DNA of 64,000 nucleotides from Mytilus edulis (GCF_963676685.1 NC_092354.1:19282001-19346000), one strand, 5' to 3'. Positions 51,375-64,000 are shown, counted from the stretch's first letter. Translations and numbers: made by a program. Notes: generated from the sequence alone by a model not told the origin.

Positions 51375-52866
51375 TTAGTTGAGCAGAGTTACTATATAAT
51401 CCTTTGGTGAAAAATCGAATATAGGTGAACTTGATATTGTTTTCAAGTAGGAAGTCTCGCATGTCACTTTCGGTGCAGTCTTTCCTAATTCCTCCGACAT
51501 ACAAACGTTCGACTCGTTTATCCGATACTCCCCTAAAATTGTTTAACGAAACCATGTTTTGATCACTCGATATAACAACTTCAATGTGTTCTGTTGAGGA
51601 TTGAGTCTGTGTTTGCTTTTTCCCATGATTTTCTATAGTCTTGGACATTTCAAATGAACTGAATTCTGACATACTACTATCATCGATGACTGTGTCTATA
51701 TTTGTAGAATTATCAGTAACTATATCTTTTGTTCCATCATACTGATGTTCAGTTGTCGACTTTTCTTGGTCTTTATCTGTTAGGTCTGCCATTTGAAATT
51801 TTGACAGACGTTTTGGACTCACGAAAGAAATGAGATCAATGTCGCTGTCTGTACTTATTTTCGGGGACTTTGGATAGTTCTTTGTTTTTGTTTTTGTCTT
51901 CTTAATGTCACCACTTTTGTGTAAATCTGAGATACTGCTGTTGTTCACTTTGATGTCTGATTTAACTGTGTCTATTTCGTCACTCAAATCATATATATCT
52001 TTTCTCACTAATTTTAAGTTAGCACGTAAAGCATCTACTCCGCTAAATTTCGAGTCTTCCAGCCTTGTTATCCTAGAATCTACAGACTTTTCGAAGATTT
52101 TCAACGCATTAATATCTTCTTTTACTGACTGTATCTTGGTTGAGTTATTTCCTGTTTCGGTTGCAAGAGAACTTATTACTGTGTCGATTTCTGAAATATC
52201 CTTTTTGACCTCAATCAAGTTTTGACTATTTTGCTTAGTCTGATTGTTTTCATCTGTAAGAGTTTTGATTTCGCATCTTATTTCGGCCATGAATTCAACT
52301 AAAGCAGAGTCAGATTTGTCAATCGAATTTTGAAGTCGGTATATTTTATCTGATTGTTTCTTCACGACATCTTTTAACGTTTCATTTTCTTTAATCATAT
52401 CTCGTATCCTTTTATCAATATTATCGATATCTTGTGCGTTTTCACCTTTCATCGTCATTATATCGCGATCCAACCGTGCTAAGCCTTCTTTGAGGAACAA
52501 GTCGTTGGAACTGTCTGTTCCTACATCTTGTCCGTTATCAGATGATCTACAGTTTTGTGATTGCCTTGGTCCTTGCGATTTTGGAATATTAATAGTTTCT
52601 AGCAATTCGTCGTTACAGTTGTCATTCAATGCAACATACAAAATAAAGCAATCTTTGGCTAATTTTTGTAATAATGTGTCCCTATTTTTTGAACGTGCTC
52701 CATATCGCTTTTTCAAAGTTGCTGTCTTGTATGGAAAATTTTCCCGATCTCTAACTTCCGAAAAGAAACGCATTCTTAATTCTTCAAGTTTATGTGTATC
52801 ACTACTGGTTGTTTGGATTAGTTTTGAAATGAAGGTTTCTTTTGGGCAGCCTCTGAAATTTTCATC
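51241..52866 (-). CDS. LINE ORF1 (coiled coil plus C-terminal RRM-like domain), N-terminus missing
   Basis: Long heptad-rich region, RLYVGGI, FWPNGIFFKRW; directly upstream of ORF2. Confidence 0.75.
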   Translation of the reverse strand, partial: DENFRGCPKETFISKLIQTTSSDTHKLEELRMRFFSEVRDRENFPYKTATLKKRYGARSKNRDTLLQKLAKDCFILYVALNDNCNDELLETINIPKSQGPRQSQNCRSSDNGQDVGTDSSNDLFLKEGLARLDRDIMTMKGENAQDIDNIDKRIRDMIKENETLKDVVKKQSDKIYRLQNSIDKSDSALVEFMAEIRCEIKTLTDENNQTKQNSQNLIEVKKDISEIDTVISSLATETGNNSTKIQSVKEDINALKIFEKSVDSRITRLEDSKFSGVDALRANLKLVRKDIYDLSDEIDTVKSDIKVNNSSISDLHKSGDIKKTKTKTKNYPKSPKISTDSDIDLISFVSPKRLSKFQMADLTDKDQEKSTTEHQYDGTKDIVTDNSTNIDTVIDDSSMSEFSSFEMSKTIENHGKKQTQTQSSTEHIEVVISSDQNMVSLNNFRGVSDKRVERLYVGGIRKDCTESDMRDFLLENNIKFTYIRFFTKGLYSNSAQLNVRHSEKERVYDSNFWPNGIFFKRWLSRRQLQERNSYKNEKYGN

Positions 52867-53963
52867 GGGGGGGGGGGGGGGGGGGGGGGGGGTCAAGAAA
52901 ATTTTATATGTTTGATTTCAAAATGACCTTAATAAGCATTGTGTTAAGAATTAATTGCTTCTTTTATAAATTCATTGGGGGTGTTTTAAAGCGTTGACCA
53001 AAGTACATTTTGTACGAAGCGCGGAAATATGCGCACGGTCAACGCTTTTACAATCCTAGTATGAAATAATTAAAAGAAGCATTCAATAGATATAGGAAGA
53101 TGTGGTGTGAGTGCCAATGAGACAACTCTCCATACAAATAACAATTTAAAAAGTAAACCATTATAGGTTAAAGTACGGCCTTCAACACGGAGCCTTAGCT
53201 CAATACTTATAATTACATTTTTTTGCTATGCTCATGAAAAATTCATTTTTATCAATTATTTCTTTAAATAACCTGTGCTCTTTTTTAGTGACGTGTCATC
53301 ATAAACTTCATTGGGATATGAATGTGAGTTTTAGTATGATGCACAGGCGTTTAATGTTATCCAATCAAAATAACACATACATGTACTATATTAATTATAA
53401 TAAGTTTCATAACATTAATTGGTTGAGGTAGAAAACGGAAACAATCAAACAAAAACAGCATTTTCACATATATAGAGTCGTAACTACATGTAATGGGAGG
53501 GGGAGTAGGAGGGGGTGAACGGATCATATAAAAATTGCGGTTTTTATCCAACGCAATCATAGGTTTGAACGTAGTTTTCAATTTAGACTCGTTTATATTT
53601 TTTCGTTTGGGCTTGTATCATATTTTCCCTCCGGTTTATATGATCCGTTCATCTTATATTGACTCTTAACATTTAAGTGTCTATCTAAAAATTAGGGTAC
53701 TTTTTATATGGCCTTCCAAATACCGTTTCGATCCCTAACATCACTAAAGAGACATTTATTGTCGAAATCCGGATCTGGTGTACAAAAAAAATATTGACAC
53801 CGTATGTTTGTGGCATAAAATCGTGGCTACAAGTTAAAAAAAAATTCTGTTTAGTATTAAATTTATATTAAGATCCATTTTGTTACATCTTGTGATCAAT
53901 TTTATTTGGCAATCGCCAATGGCAGTCAGCAGGGTTAAAGAACATCAGTTGTTCGACCTGTTA
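52867..53963 (+). repeat. Right copy of the ~1.1-kb direct repeat flanking the LINE
   Basis: Differs from the left copy by G-run length, a 13-bp indel and at least 2 substitutions. Confidence 0.92.
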
Positions 53964-54025
53964 ATCAAATGCGTTTTGTTTAAATATACTTTTTCACTTT
54001 TTTTTGTCTTTTGGAAAGTATATAT

Positions 54026-55308
54026 GTTACAGTGAATTTGTATAATCAGGGATTATGTAGAATCCCTGATTTTTCAGGGAATATGTAGAATCACTAAAAT
54101 CATTTGTAATTATATATAATCCCTGAAAATGACCAGTGATTTTACATAATCACTGAAAACTTTACCTATTATTCCACAAATTCCCTAATATAATTTCAGG
54201 GAATATGAATAATTTAAGGATCCTTTGTTTGATAAAAAAAATAGAGACAAATTATGATTTTTTACTTTCATATTCCTTGCCAAATGAAATAATTGTGCTT
54301 TTAAACACAGAGGATGATCTTAAAGATATAACCAACACAGGGTTTTCGAGATAAAGTTGAAGACTTCAAAATTAATAATATTAACTAAAGATTCCCTCTT
54401 TTTAGCGCGGATAACTTGACTTGTAGTGTTTGTTTATTAAAAGCCAGCGTTAAATAAATATTCATGTTCTATTTGTAAATCCAAGGAGCATGTTATTTGT
54501 GGTACATGTAAAACAAATGGTGAAGAAGATTATGAACATCTGTTTTTTGTTTTTTTTTTTTTTTTGTTCTTGTTCAAATGAACAAGAAATTCAAACAGAG
54601 AGAACTTACACATCTAAATGTATAGAAAATTTAAGGATTGACAATTAGAACAAAATTTTAGCGGAAGCAATTCCACAGGGTAAAAAAGGAAAGGGAATCC
54701 AAAAAAAATATAATGGTAATTGTTCACCAAAAGTCTGAACAAGAATATCGCCTGGCAAAAAAAAAAGACATGGTATCTTGCCCGGACCAGTTTGAGGTTA
54801 ATTGCTAATTCCCTTTTTTGGGGGTACCTGCAGATGTTTTTACTGAACACTTTATTTCTCTTGGACGGATCATAATATCTGATTCAATATGTAAAGGAAA
54901 GTTGTTTTTTGTAAATATAGATATTGTGGAAAAACAGATATGAAGCATTTTATTTTAAAATATTGTGTTTAACATTTTAATATATTGTGCCTAACATTTT
55001 TAAAATTGGGGTTATCATTTTGATATTTTGTTCTTCACATTTTACAATTTATGTGTATACAGTGTAATGCTGTTTTAATATGATTTTATAGCATAAATTA
55101 ATTGACTTTTATTCATTTTCTTTATAAATAGACTATTTCTTCATTTCAGTTATTATGTATAATCCCTGATGTTTTTTCTAGTGATTATACATAATCCCTG
55201 AAAATTTTAGTGATTATATATAATCCCTAAACTGGCCAGTTATTCTACATAATCCCTGAAAATTTCAGGGATTCTACATAATCACTGATTATACAAATTC
55301 ACTGTAAC
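54026..55308. mobile_element. Non-autonomous DNA transposon with ~45-bp TIRs and subterminal repeats, in a TA run
   Basis: TGTTACAGTGAATTTGTATAATCAG...CTGATTATACAAATTCACTGTAACA. Confidence 0.8.
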
Positions 55309-55478
55309 ATATATATACAAGTCTAAATTGAAAACTACGTTCAAACCCATGATTACGTTGGATAAAAACCGCAATTTTTATACGTGTGCATGTAAAACAA
55401 ATTTCGTTGTAGAAGGGTCTAAAGACAGCACAAACAACATTTCCCAAAAGATCAAAAAAGTGAAAAAGTATATTTAGA

Positions 55479-56005
55479 CGAATGTAGGACAGAAAGTCAC
55501 AGGACAAAAAGTCACAGACAAAAAATCACGGACAAGAAGTCACATGACAAAAAGTCACAATTAATTTTTTCTGAATATTTTCTTTGAATAAAAAACACTT
55601 ATTTCCACAAAAATATTTTTGTATTTTTTTATAACTATTGCATATAAACCAACATTGTAAACAAACTTTATCATAAAAATATTAAAGATGGTCAAATAAT
55701 TGTTAAAAAAACAAAATGTCACCGTGGCTTTGCACTTCAATGGCTTCATTGTGCCAAGAAATATACCCTTTGCATGATTAAAATTAAATAAATCTTAATT
55801 TTTCAAGTATAATGACACATTTCCTACACTTATTAAAATATGAATATATGTATTAAAAAGTAAATATTTCAAGATATTTTTCTTATATATTCAAATAAAT
55901 GTCAACAGATTATTTGTGACTTTTTGTCCTGTGACTTTTTATCCTACCAAATTTGTGACTTTATGTCCTGTGACTTTTTGTCCTGTGACTTTCTGTCCGT
56001 TTACC
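55479..56005. mobile_element. MITE with repeated ggacaaaaagtcac subterminal motifs
   Basis: ggacagaaagtcacaggacaaaaagtcac / gtgactttttgtcctgtgactttctgtcc; possible TSD atttagac/atttaaac. Confidence 0.7.
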
Positions 56006-56769
56006 ATTTAAACATATATATATATATTAATCAAACTTTTTTTTAGAACATTAACTGACTCTTTTATATCATTGAAAAAAAACAATGAAAAGTTTTAAAT
56101 TTTGATGTAACATTATAAATAAAACATAGTGATTGCGTTTTTTCTCTAAGCCAGGGCATTGGTCAACTCTTTTATGTGTAACCGGCGCTCCATATATTAA
56201 TTTATATGTTCGTGGTTATCGGCCTTTGATTTGCTGAATGACAAGGTGTACAAATTAGAATTACAATATTTTTATGCTCATGTATAGTAACCGGGTAGGT
56301 AGGTATTTGTATTGCATAAAAATTGTATATTTTGTATGAAAAGAATTGCAAAATATCTGTTATCTACATACCAAACAAAGTACTGACTGTGTAACAATGG
56401 AAAATTTATTGGAAATCCAAATTATCTCCCCTGCAAACTACGAAAAGCGAAGCTCTTTATTTTTTTTACACGTTCTCATCAAATGCCAAATTATTTCTCG
56501 TTATAATTAAAATGAAAAGTTCTAGTTGATGACACAGTCTAGTTATAATGCATAAAAAATAATAACTGAATAACAGTGATCAGAATTACAGTGAAAAGAT
56601 AATATGTCTCTGTTATCATTATTCTTATTATAATTTCTTGATAAATTATAATTAGAGGACAGGCTGGACAGTCACTATTATTATAATGTAACGGTACCCA
56701 AATTGCACCGAGTACCCAAATTGCACCTATTTATCAAAAATAGCAGCGAAAATCTAACAAGATTTCCTA

Positions 56770-56884
56770 TAGCTGCGGAACCGTAACTCGTATGGTCCTT
56801 TTTTATTTTTTTTTTGATTTTGCGGACCATCCGCAAAAAGTCAAAAAATAACATAAGGACCTAAGAGCTACGGTTCCGCAGCTA
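56770..56884. mobile_element. 115-bp foldback MITE with 9-bp TSD (Academ-like termini)
   Basis: gatttccta-TAGCTGCGGAACCGTA...TACGGTTCCGCAGCTA-gatttccta. Confidence 0.8.
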
Positions 56885-57103
56885 GATTTCCTAGAGACTA
56901 AAAAAATGGTATTTTTCTGATTTGATACTATGCACGTCTTTCAACATAGGTAAACATATTTACAAAACGTTCACAATATTTATTAACAGATGAAGTGTTT
57001 ACTGAAAAAGCAAAATGTACTGAAACGTCGCCATGCGACGTCATCAAAACGTCATCTTTTTAAAATTAACAAATACAATACGTTTCAAGTATCCATTTCT
57101 TAA

Positions 57104-57787
57104 AGGGGCACTAGCTACAATATATATAAAAAAATAAAGTATGATTTTTTTTAGATCAATCATTAATCAAATTGGAATAATGAAATAATAATTTGCTTTT
57201 AGCAATCAATTTCCTTTAATTTTGTTGAAATAAGCGATTAAACATAATTTTTGACTGATTCACTTGCAAGTGAAAACGTCATCATCATTCTAACCGGTAT
57301 TCATGTGAACTTCAAGTTAACCCCTAGCTAGAGATTGACAACGCATGCATTGTACGTGTACTGGTTATTTAAAGAAAAAGAATGTCAACAATGAAAGTGA
57401 AACTACGGTAAATCATTTGATTACTAATTCGATGCACATAAAATCATTCTTATATGATTAAAAACAATGAGAAACATCTATTTTTAATCTATAAAATAAA
57501 ATCAAACAGACCTATAAAAATGCAATTGCACGTGTTGGTTTAATCTATTCGTATCTTTATTTTTGTTTACATCGCTTATATGGTCATCTGAGGTCAAATC
57601 GATAGTTAATTAGATAGCGTCTGGACTAAAATACACACGAAACGAACCTATATATTATCTACCCCATGCTCTGTAAACTGTTTATTTTAGACTTTTGATA
57701 GTTTGGATAAATGTTTTACATTGTTATAAACCAAATATGAGAATTTGAGTCAAATCGGTTACAATGAATTTGACAGCTAGTGCCCCT
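57104..57787. mobile_element. Kolobok-like MITE with TTAA TSD
   Basis: ttaa-AGGGGCACTAGCT...AGCTAGTGCCCCT-ttaa. Confidence 0.82.
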
Positions 57788-58577
57788 TTAAAAAATGAAG
57801 AGTAAGCATGGACAAATATCCAATTGTTCAAAATATTTTAAAAAATAAACAAAAGCTCTGTTATCCGACTTTTGACGATGCGAATTTAAGAATGGATGCA
57901 ATTTGGGTACTCCTCATTACAGAATCTGGGATGGTTTGGAGGTAAGTTCAGACCAATTTTTCTATGATTCCTTATGGATTGAAAACCAAATTGGTGTACC
58001 TTTATAATAAAGAAGGATACGGCTACAAAATAAACACAAAATGGAAATTTTTGTCTTTATCATAAAAAAACTTAGTTGAAAAAAACTGTCAAAATAGGTG
58101 CAATTTGGGTACCGTCAGGTTATAGTGTTAGTATTATACTACATGATTAAATTTCCCAGAGGACAAGCTAGGCTTTACACTTTATAGTAGATAGGAATCA
58201 CTGTCCAGAGCACCCCTCCCTTCCTATTATTTACATTTCTGGACACACCATTCATGAATCTTTGACTTTGTGATACATGTCCAGTAATCAGGTAAAAGTC
58301 GACAAATAATAGTAAGGTGTATAGGAGGGTAGTCCAAATAACTATGACATTTATAGGGAAGGTGTCGCATCAAAACATTAAATTAGCCCTTCAAGATGTC
58401 ATATGATATGGACTGTCAAAGCAGTGGCGTAGCTGGGTTATTTTTACGTGTACGCCCGAACCTTGGCGAGGGATATGAAGGGTGCCAACCGCTCAATGTT
58501 AAAGCAGCTCCTGGAAGTGGGTTCGAAAGGGACGAAGTCCCCGACAGCTATCGAGAATGAGATACCGTAATGATTCG

Positions 58578-59684
58578 CCTGCGGTATATTGAACCCCCTA
58601 CTCTAGACCTTTAATTAAAAAAAATCCGGCAATTCTAACTCTTTTATGTAGTAAGAATACACCAATAAGTAGTTTGTATGTATTAAACTTGCTGGAAAAG
58701 ATATTTTGAAAATTTTACTTAGCCATGGTATTTTGACCCTCCTGTGGTATATTGAACCCCCTGCTATAGACCTTGAATTTCAAAAATTCAAGCTTTTCTA
58801 ACTTTTAACATTGTAATAATACTCCAATAAGTAGTTTTTATGTACTAAACATGCTGGAAAAGATGTTTTGAAAATTTTACTTAGCCATGGTATTTCATGT
58901 ATTTTGACCCCCCTGCGGTATATTGAACCCCCTACTATATATAGACCTTCAATTTCAAAAATTTTAGCTATCCTAACTCCTTCACATAGTTATTATACTC
59001 CAATAAGTAGTTTGTATGTATTAAAATGCTTGAAAAGATATTTTGAAATTTTTACTTAGCCATGGTATTTTGACCCCCTGTCATGCCTGTGGTATATTGA
59101 ACCCCCTGAGGTATATTGAACCCCCTGCTATAGACAATTCAAGCTTTTCTAACTTTTAACATTGTAATAATAATCCAATAAGTAGTTTGTATGTATTAAA
59201 CATGCTGGAAAAGATATTTTGAAAATTTTACTAAGCCATGGTATTTTGACCCCCTGCGGTATATTGAACCCCTACTATAGACCTTAAATTTCAAAAATTC
59301 TAGCTATCCTTACTCCTTTACATAGTAATAATAGTTCAATAAGGAGTTTTTATGTATTTAACATGCTGGAAAAGATATTTTTAAAATTTTACATACATGT
59401 AGCCATGGTATTTTGACCCCCCTGTGGTATATTGAACCCCCTACCTAAAACCTCAAAGTAAAAAATATGATAGCCAATTAATTGTAAATTAGATTATCTG
59501 CAATACTATTTATCAAAAACAGGGGGGTTCAATATACCGCAGGGGGGTTCAAAATACCATATATGTGAAAAATGACCCCGGGGTCAAAATACCATGCAGT
59601 ATAATGACCCCGGGGTCATTTTACCACATGGTATTTTGACCCCGGGTTCACTTTTTTGGGGGTTCAAAATACCATATGACACCG
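58578..59684. repeat. Tandem array (~160-170-bp units) ending in a TIR-like terminus
   Basis: About six recurrences of agccatggtattttgacccc...ggtatattgaacccc; inverted copies at 59520-59684. Confidence 0.75.
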
Positions 59685-60305
59685 GCTATCTGTCTATCAG
59701 AAAAGAACAGAAAAATGAACGAAAACAAATGCTTTCAAATTTTACCGGTAGCTTTAGACATACTGACATACATGTATCTCATGTATCTATAGGTCATAGA
59801 AAAAGCTTCTTCAGCGTTTTCATAAAATTTGAGGAAGGTTTGACAAGTAGCTAATTTTATTGAGAAATAACAAAATGTAAGCCCAAACTGCGACCACTTA
59901 TTAATTGCAAATTGCAGGAAGAAAAACATTTTGTTCTTAAAATGCGGGAAAATTAAACATGTTAAAGATATACTTGCATTATTATATTGCTCTGAATACT
60001 CTTTTGATCATAAACAGTTTCTGTCCAACTTTCGTAAAATTTCACAGAGAGTCATTCAAAAGACCTTATCCACATTCGAACCTAAATATTGACGCCGCTT
60101 TGTCTCGCTTTTGGGACATAAATCACAGGCTCGACAAAAATACAAACAGCATATAGAATCTGAGCAGATAGTGAATTGCTTTAAATATAAGAAAAGTACA
60201 TAGATTTCATAGTAGATTCAGACTTTTACAAAAGATTCAAACAAATATATTAAATGATCTATTTGAGTAAATTTAGTCCCTTTTTATCAAAATTACAATC
60301 CATTG

Positions 60306-60457
60306 CAGTCTTCACGTTGAGTGGCAGCCCAGGCAGCCCAGGCTTGTAAAATTGGTCTCGGCCTGTAAAAATCAGATACAGGCCAACAGAATGTAACTAA
60401 AAATTTTCAAAAATTGAGCTCTGGTCCTGTAGATTTTACAGTTCATCGCGAAGACTG
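60306..60457. mobile_element. hAT5-like MITE (5-bp TSD cattg)
   Basis: cattg-CAGTCTTCACG...CGCGAAGACTG-cattg. Confidence 0.7.
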
Positions 60458-60719
60458 CATTGAAAAAAGAAGCACAAGGCTTCAGATCAGCTTTTGACCA
60501 GTTTTTCTTATACTAAGTCGATTATTTGTTTTATTTTCAAAATTCAAGTGTACGCCCGGGTGTTTTGATGTAAACGTAGCTACGCGCATGCAAAGGGTAG
60601 TAATGCCTTATAACGTCAGGCATAATGGTAATTTTTGGCTACCATTAACGTCAAATTGGTTTAATTTAACTGTAATGCATCCTTATTGTTTTTGGTCAAA
60701 GGTCTAACATGTCTGAATT

Positions 60720-60893
60720 GGCCATTTCAGAATCTAAAGCATCATGGGTAATTTCATTGTTCGTACCCCAAAGTGAAAATAACGTTACATCATTGGTTGA
60801 ATTTCCATTGTTTATGAAGTTTTAAACCAATCAAAACACTTTGGTGTACGCTTTTGAAAATATAACCCAGGATGCATTAGATTCTGAAACGGC
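60720..60893. mobile_element. Small TIR MITE
   Basis: gccatttcagaatctaaagcatcatgggt / acccaggatgcattagattctgaaacggc. Confidence 0.6.
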
Positions 60894-61418
60894 AAATTAA
60901 TTATCATTACCAATGTTATTTGGTGAAAAAAATAACATAATGTGATTGGTTAAAATCAGTTGATCTTTTTATTGTCTTAAAGAAAGTGTACATTTTATCG
61001 TGATGCATCTAAAATTACCATTATTAATGATTAATGTTATTTGTCAAGAATTTTGCTCGTTATTCATGTCATTGCATGTAATTATAAGTACCTAAGGTAC
61101 CTACCCCCATTACAAGGAGGTCTCATTGCGGGGTACTGATCCCGGATCCTGCTTACCATGCTTACTGTTTTGTCAGATTCCTGTATCCCGCTTACACTAT
61201 GTACATAAGCAATCCTCATTTTTTTGTAATTCACCATGTCCCACTAGACTTTATTTCGAGTTTTCACGGCACAATAATTTCTAAAAATTCGGCAATCCTG
61301 CAAGACCCCAATGAGACTCACTTACTACCTTCCTGCAAAGACTCAATGTACAAATGTGAAAGAAAACATAAAATAAACAGAAATACCTACGTAAATGACA
61401 TACCTACGGTACCCTTAC

Positions 61419-62211
61419 TTTTTAGCTCACCTGGCCCGAAGGGCTAAATGAGCTTTTCTCATCACTTGGCGTCCGCGTCATCGTACGGCGTCCTTCGTCG
61501 TCGTCCTTAACTTTTTACAAAAATCTTCTTCTCTGAAATTACTGAGCCAAACTTGGCCACAATCATCATTGGGGTAACTAGTTTATAAAATGTGTGGCAT
61601 GACCTGGCCAACTCACCAAGATGGTCGCCACGGCTAAAAATAGAACATAGGGGTAAAATGCAGTTTTTGGCTTCTGACTCAAAAACCAAGCATTTAGAGT
61701 AAATCTGATGAAGGGTAAAATTGTTTATCAGGTCAAAATCTATCTGCCCTGAAATTTTCAGATGAATCAGACAACCGTTGTTGGGTGGCTGCCCCTGAAT
61801 TGGTAATTTAAGGAAATTTTGCTGTTTTTGGTTATTATCTTGAATATTATTAAAGATAGAGATAAACTACAAACAGCAATAATGTTCAGCAAAGTAAGAT
61901 TCACAAATAAGTCAACATGACCGAAATGGTCAATTGACCCCCTAAGGAGTTATTGCCCTTTATAGTCAATTTTTAACAATTTTCATAAACTTTGTAAATT
62001 TTTATTAACATTTTCCACTGAAACTACTGGGCCAAGTTCATTATAGATAATTGTGATAATTGTAAGCAGCAAGACTGTTTAGTAAAGTAAGATGTACAAA
62101 CACATCACAATCACCAAAACACAATTTTGTCAAGAATCCATCTGTGTCCATTGTTTAATATTCACATAGACCACCAGGTGAGGGACACAGGCTCTTTAGA
62201 GCCTCTAGTTT
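61419..62211 (+). mobile_element. Non-autonomous Helentron (HINE) of the same family as the 8942 element
   Basis: tttttagctcacctgg...ccaggtgag, hairpin aggctctttagagcct, CTAG-TTT; body matches 9060-9560. Confidence 0.85.
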
Positions 62212-62900
62212 TTATATGCCCATCTAAGACAGGACTTATTATGGTAAAACCGTTGTCCGTCCGTCATCCATACTTCGGACAATTACTAAAAAAGCTTCCA
62301 CCACCTTTTATGAAACTTTATTGAATTGTCTATATTTATTGCCGTAAACTCCCTTTCAATTTTTATATATTTCAGTTTTTTTGTTTCCATGGTTTCCATG
62401 TTATAAAGTTATATCCTTAAAAAAAGGGGATTTTCCAGTTTTTCGGACAATAACTCAAAAATGCTTCCATCAACTTTGATGAAACTTTGGTGAATTTTTA
62501 ATATCTATTGATGTATGCATGCTCCCTTTCAAGTTTTATAAATTTTAGATTTTACATTTTCATATTATGAAGTTTTATTCTTAAAAAAGAATGATTTTCC
62601 AGTTTCGGAAAAAACCTCAAAATGCTTCCATCAACTTTAATGAAACTTTGGTGAATTGTTTATATCTATTGACATTTGCTCCCTTTGGACTTTTATTAAT
62701 TTCAGATTTATGTTTCCGTGTTATGAATTTTTATTCATAAAAAAGGGGGGATTTTCGGACAATCACTCATGAACACTTTCACAAAATGTTATGAAACTTT
62801 GGTAAATTGTAACAGTTGATATCTGTAGACTTTAGCTACCTTTCAATTATTATAAATTTCAGATTTTACTTTTTTCAGTAATGAATTTTTATACTTGAAA
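62212..62900 (+). repeat. HINE-like element with degenerate tandem subrepeats
   Basis: Repeated ttcggacaat...atgaaactttggtgaattg units after a tgtccgtccgtc leader. Confidence 0.55.
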
Positions 62901-63367
62901 AGGCTTAATTCAATTAAAATGTAAAAAAAAACCACATTTAAAGCATAAAGACAACCTGAGAAATTGAAGTGTCATACATGGTTTTTTTTCATCTTTAAGC
63001 TTATTTGATTAAAAAAAAGACATTTTCACATCAAGTCAATAACAGATTTTGAGTAGGCAGCTATTTTTGGGGTAGTTAGGGTTAAGGCTAACAAACATAT
63101 TCTTTTTATGGCCCAAAGAACAAATCAGGAGTCGGTTTAAAAAAAAAAATCACAACCAAGATTGATTGTATACTGAATTGTTCATGACTTAATATGATAA
63201 ATCTTAATTATAATTGTAACTGGTTTTTTTTGACTCCAGATATTTTGGTCTGTCTGATGGAGAACAATTCATGAGTGCATCTAATATTAAACTAGAGGAA
63301 CTGTACATTGTTAAAATTGACATTCATCAATTCTATTGTTGAAGATTGAATGACACTACCTTGATAT

Positions 63368-63640
63368 TTATGCCCAATCTATGGGCATTATGTTTTCTGG
63401 TCTGTGCGTCAGTAAGTCCATCCATTGGTTTGTCTGTTCCTTCGTTCGTCTTGCTTCAGGTTAAAATTTCTGTTTAACAAAATGTTTAAAGTTTTTGGTG
63501 AAATTGAAGTCCAATCATCTTGAAACTTAGTACACATGTTCCCTATTATATGATGTTACTAATTTTAATGCCAATTTCATGGTCCTCTGAAAATGGTTAT
63601 GTGGATGGGGCATCCGTGTACTTTGGGCACATTCTTGGTT
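63368..63640 (+). mobile_element. Short HINE-like element
   Basis: tttatgcccaatctatgggcat 5' hairpin; 3' gggcat subTIR with gtgtac/gggcac hairpin before a T-run. Confidence 0.5.
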
Positions 63641-64000
63641 TTTTTTTTCTGTTGTTTGAAAACCATGAAAACAGTATGTAGGTCTTCAGGGTCTGAAATG
63701 ACATTTGAGCTGCTTCCGATATGGGTTTATATTCGGTCAAAGGTACATTGTACTATAGTTAGGGATACTGCTTGTACAAGTAATTTTTATTAATATAATG
63801 TTAATATATTTTATATAATATACATGATATATACTCAATGTAAGTAAATTTGTAGGATATTTATACAAGTTAATTTTATTTACTTGTATCATGTGAGTAT
63901 TATATAGGTAAAAAACAATATGGCTTTAATAGTTATATCCCTTAGCTATATATATAGACATTCAGAGTTTTTAACTTATACAAGTTAAAAAGTCATCCTA

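Larger units (their letters stand above)
47482..52866 (-). mobile_element. Non-LTR retrotransposon (LINE, RTE/RTEX-like), 5'-truncated
   Basis: ORF1 and ORF2; 3' end AATAAA followed by GATATATAT; flanked by a ~1.1-kb direct repeat. Confidence 0.88.
56690..58116. mobile_element. TIR element hosting two nested MITEs
   Basis: acggtacccaaattgcacc ... ggtgcaatttgggtaccgt. Confidence 0.7.
58422..60590. mobile_element. hAT5-like element (5-bp TSD caaag) with nested repeats
   Basis: caaag-CAGTGGCGTAGCT...AGCTACGCGCATG-caaag. Confidence 0.6.

Noticed and set aside
52867-52896. Poly-Pro N-terminus of LINE ORF1
   Set aside because: It comes from the flanking poly-G of the duplicated target, not from the element
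46380-53963. LTR retrotransposon interpretation
   Set aside because: The interior is an APE-RT LINE; no TG..CA ends, PBS, protease or integrase

Overview
AT-rich, repeat-dense animal genomic DNA with assembly gaps. The repeat and TE repertoire suggests a mollusc, probably a bivalve such as a mussel (inference only). Host genes are three paralogous KRAB-less C2H2 zinc-finger genes (3923-5536 +, 27515-28474 -, 40475-42103 -) in inverted duplicated blocks; two of them have decaying 3' finger arrays. The rest is mobile DNA: a ~14.3-kb degenerate Helentron (Rep, PIF1 helicase, APE endonuclease), a RTE/RTEX-like LINE bracketed by a ~1.1-kb direct repeat, decayed Penelope-like copies, and many MITEs (Kolobok-, hAT5- and Academ-like, HINEs). 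The main finding is nested inside the Helentron. Three separately called ORFs (16847-17116, 17537-18517, 18653-19960) are one ~1002-codon frame encoding an N-terminal GIY-YIG plus RT Penelope-like (Naiad-type) protein. Its only internal stops are four UGA codons, all at conserved-Cys positions. It is followed by a canonical SECIS, then a circularly permuted twister-ribozyme fold and a multi-helix junction. I read this as a selenoprotein-encoding retroelement with a self-cleaving RNA module. Other Penelope tails in the window carry minimal hammerheads and an unexplained pseudoknot motif.
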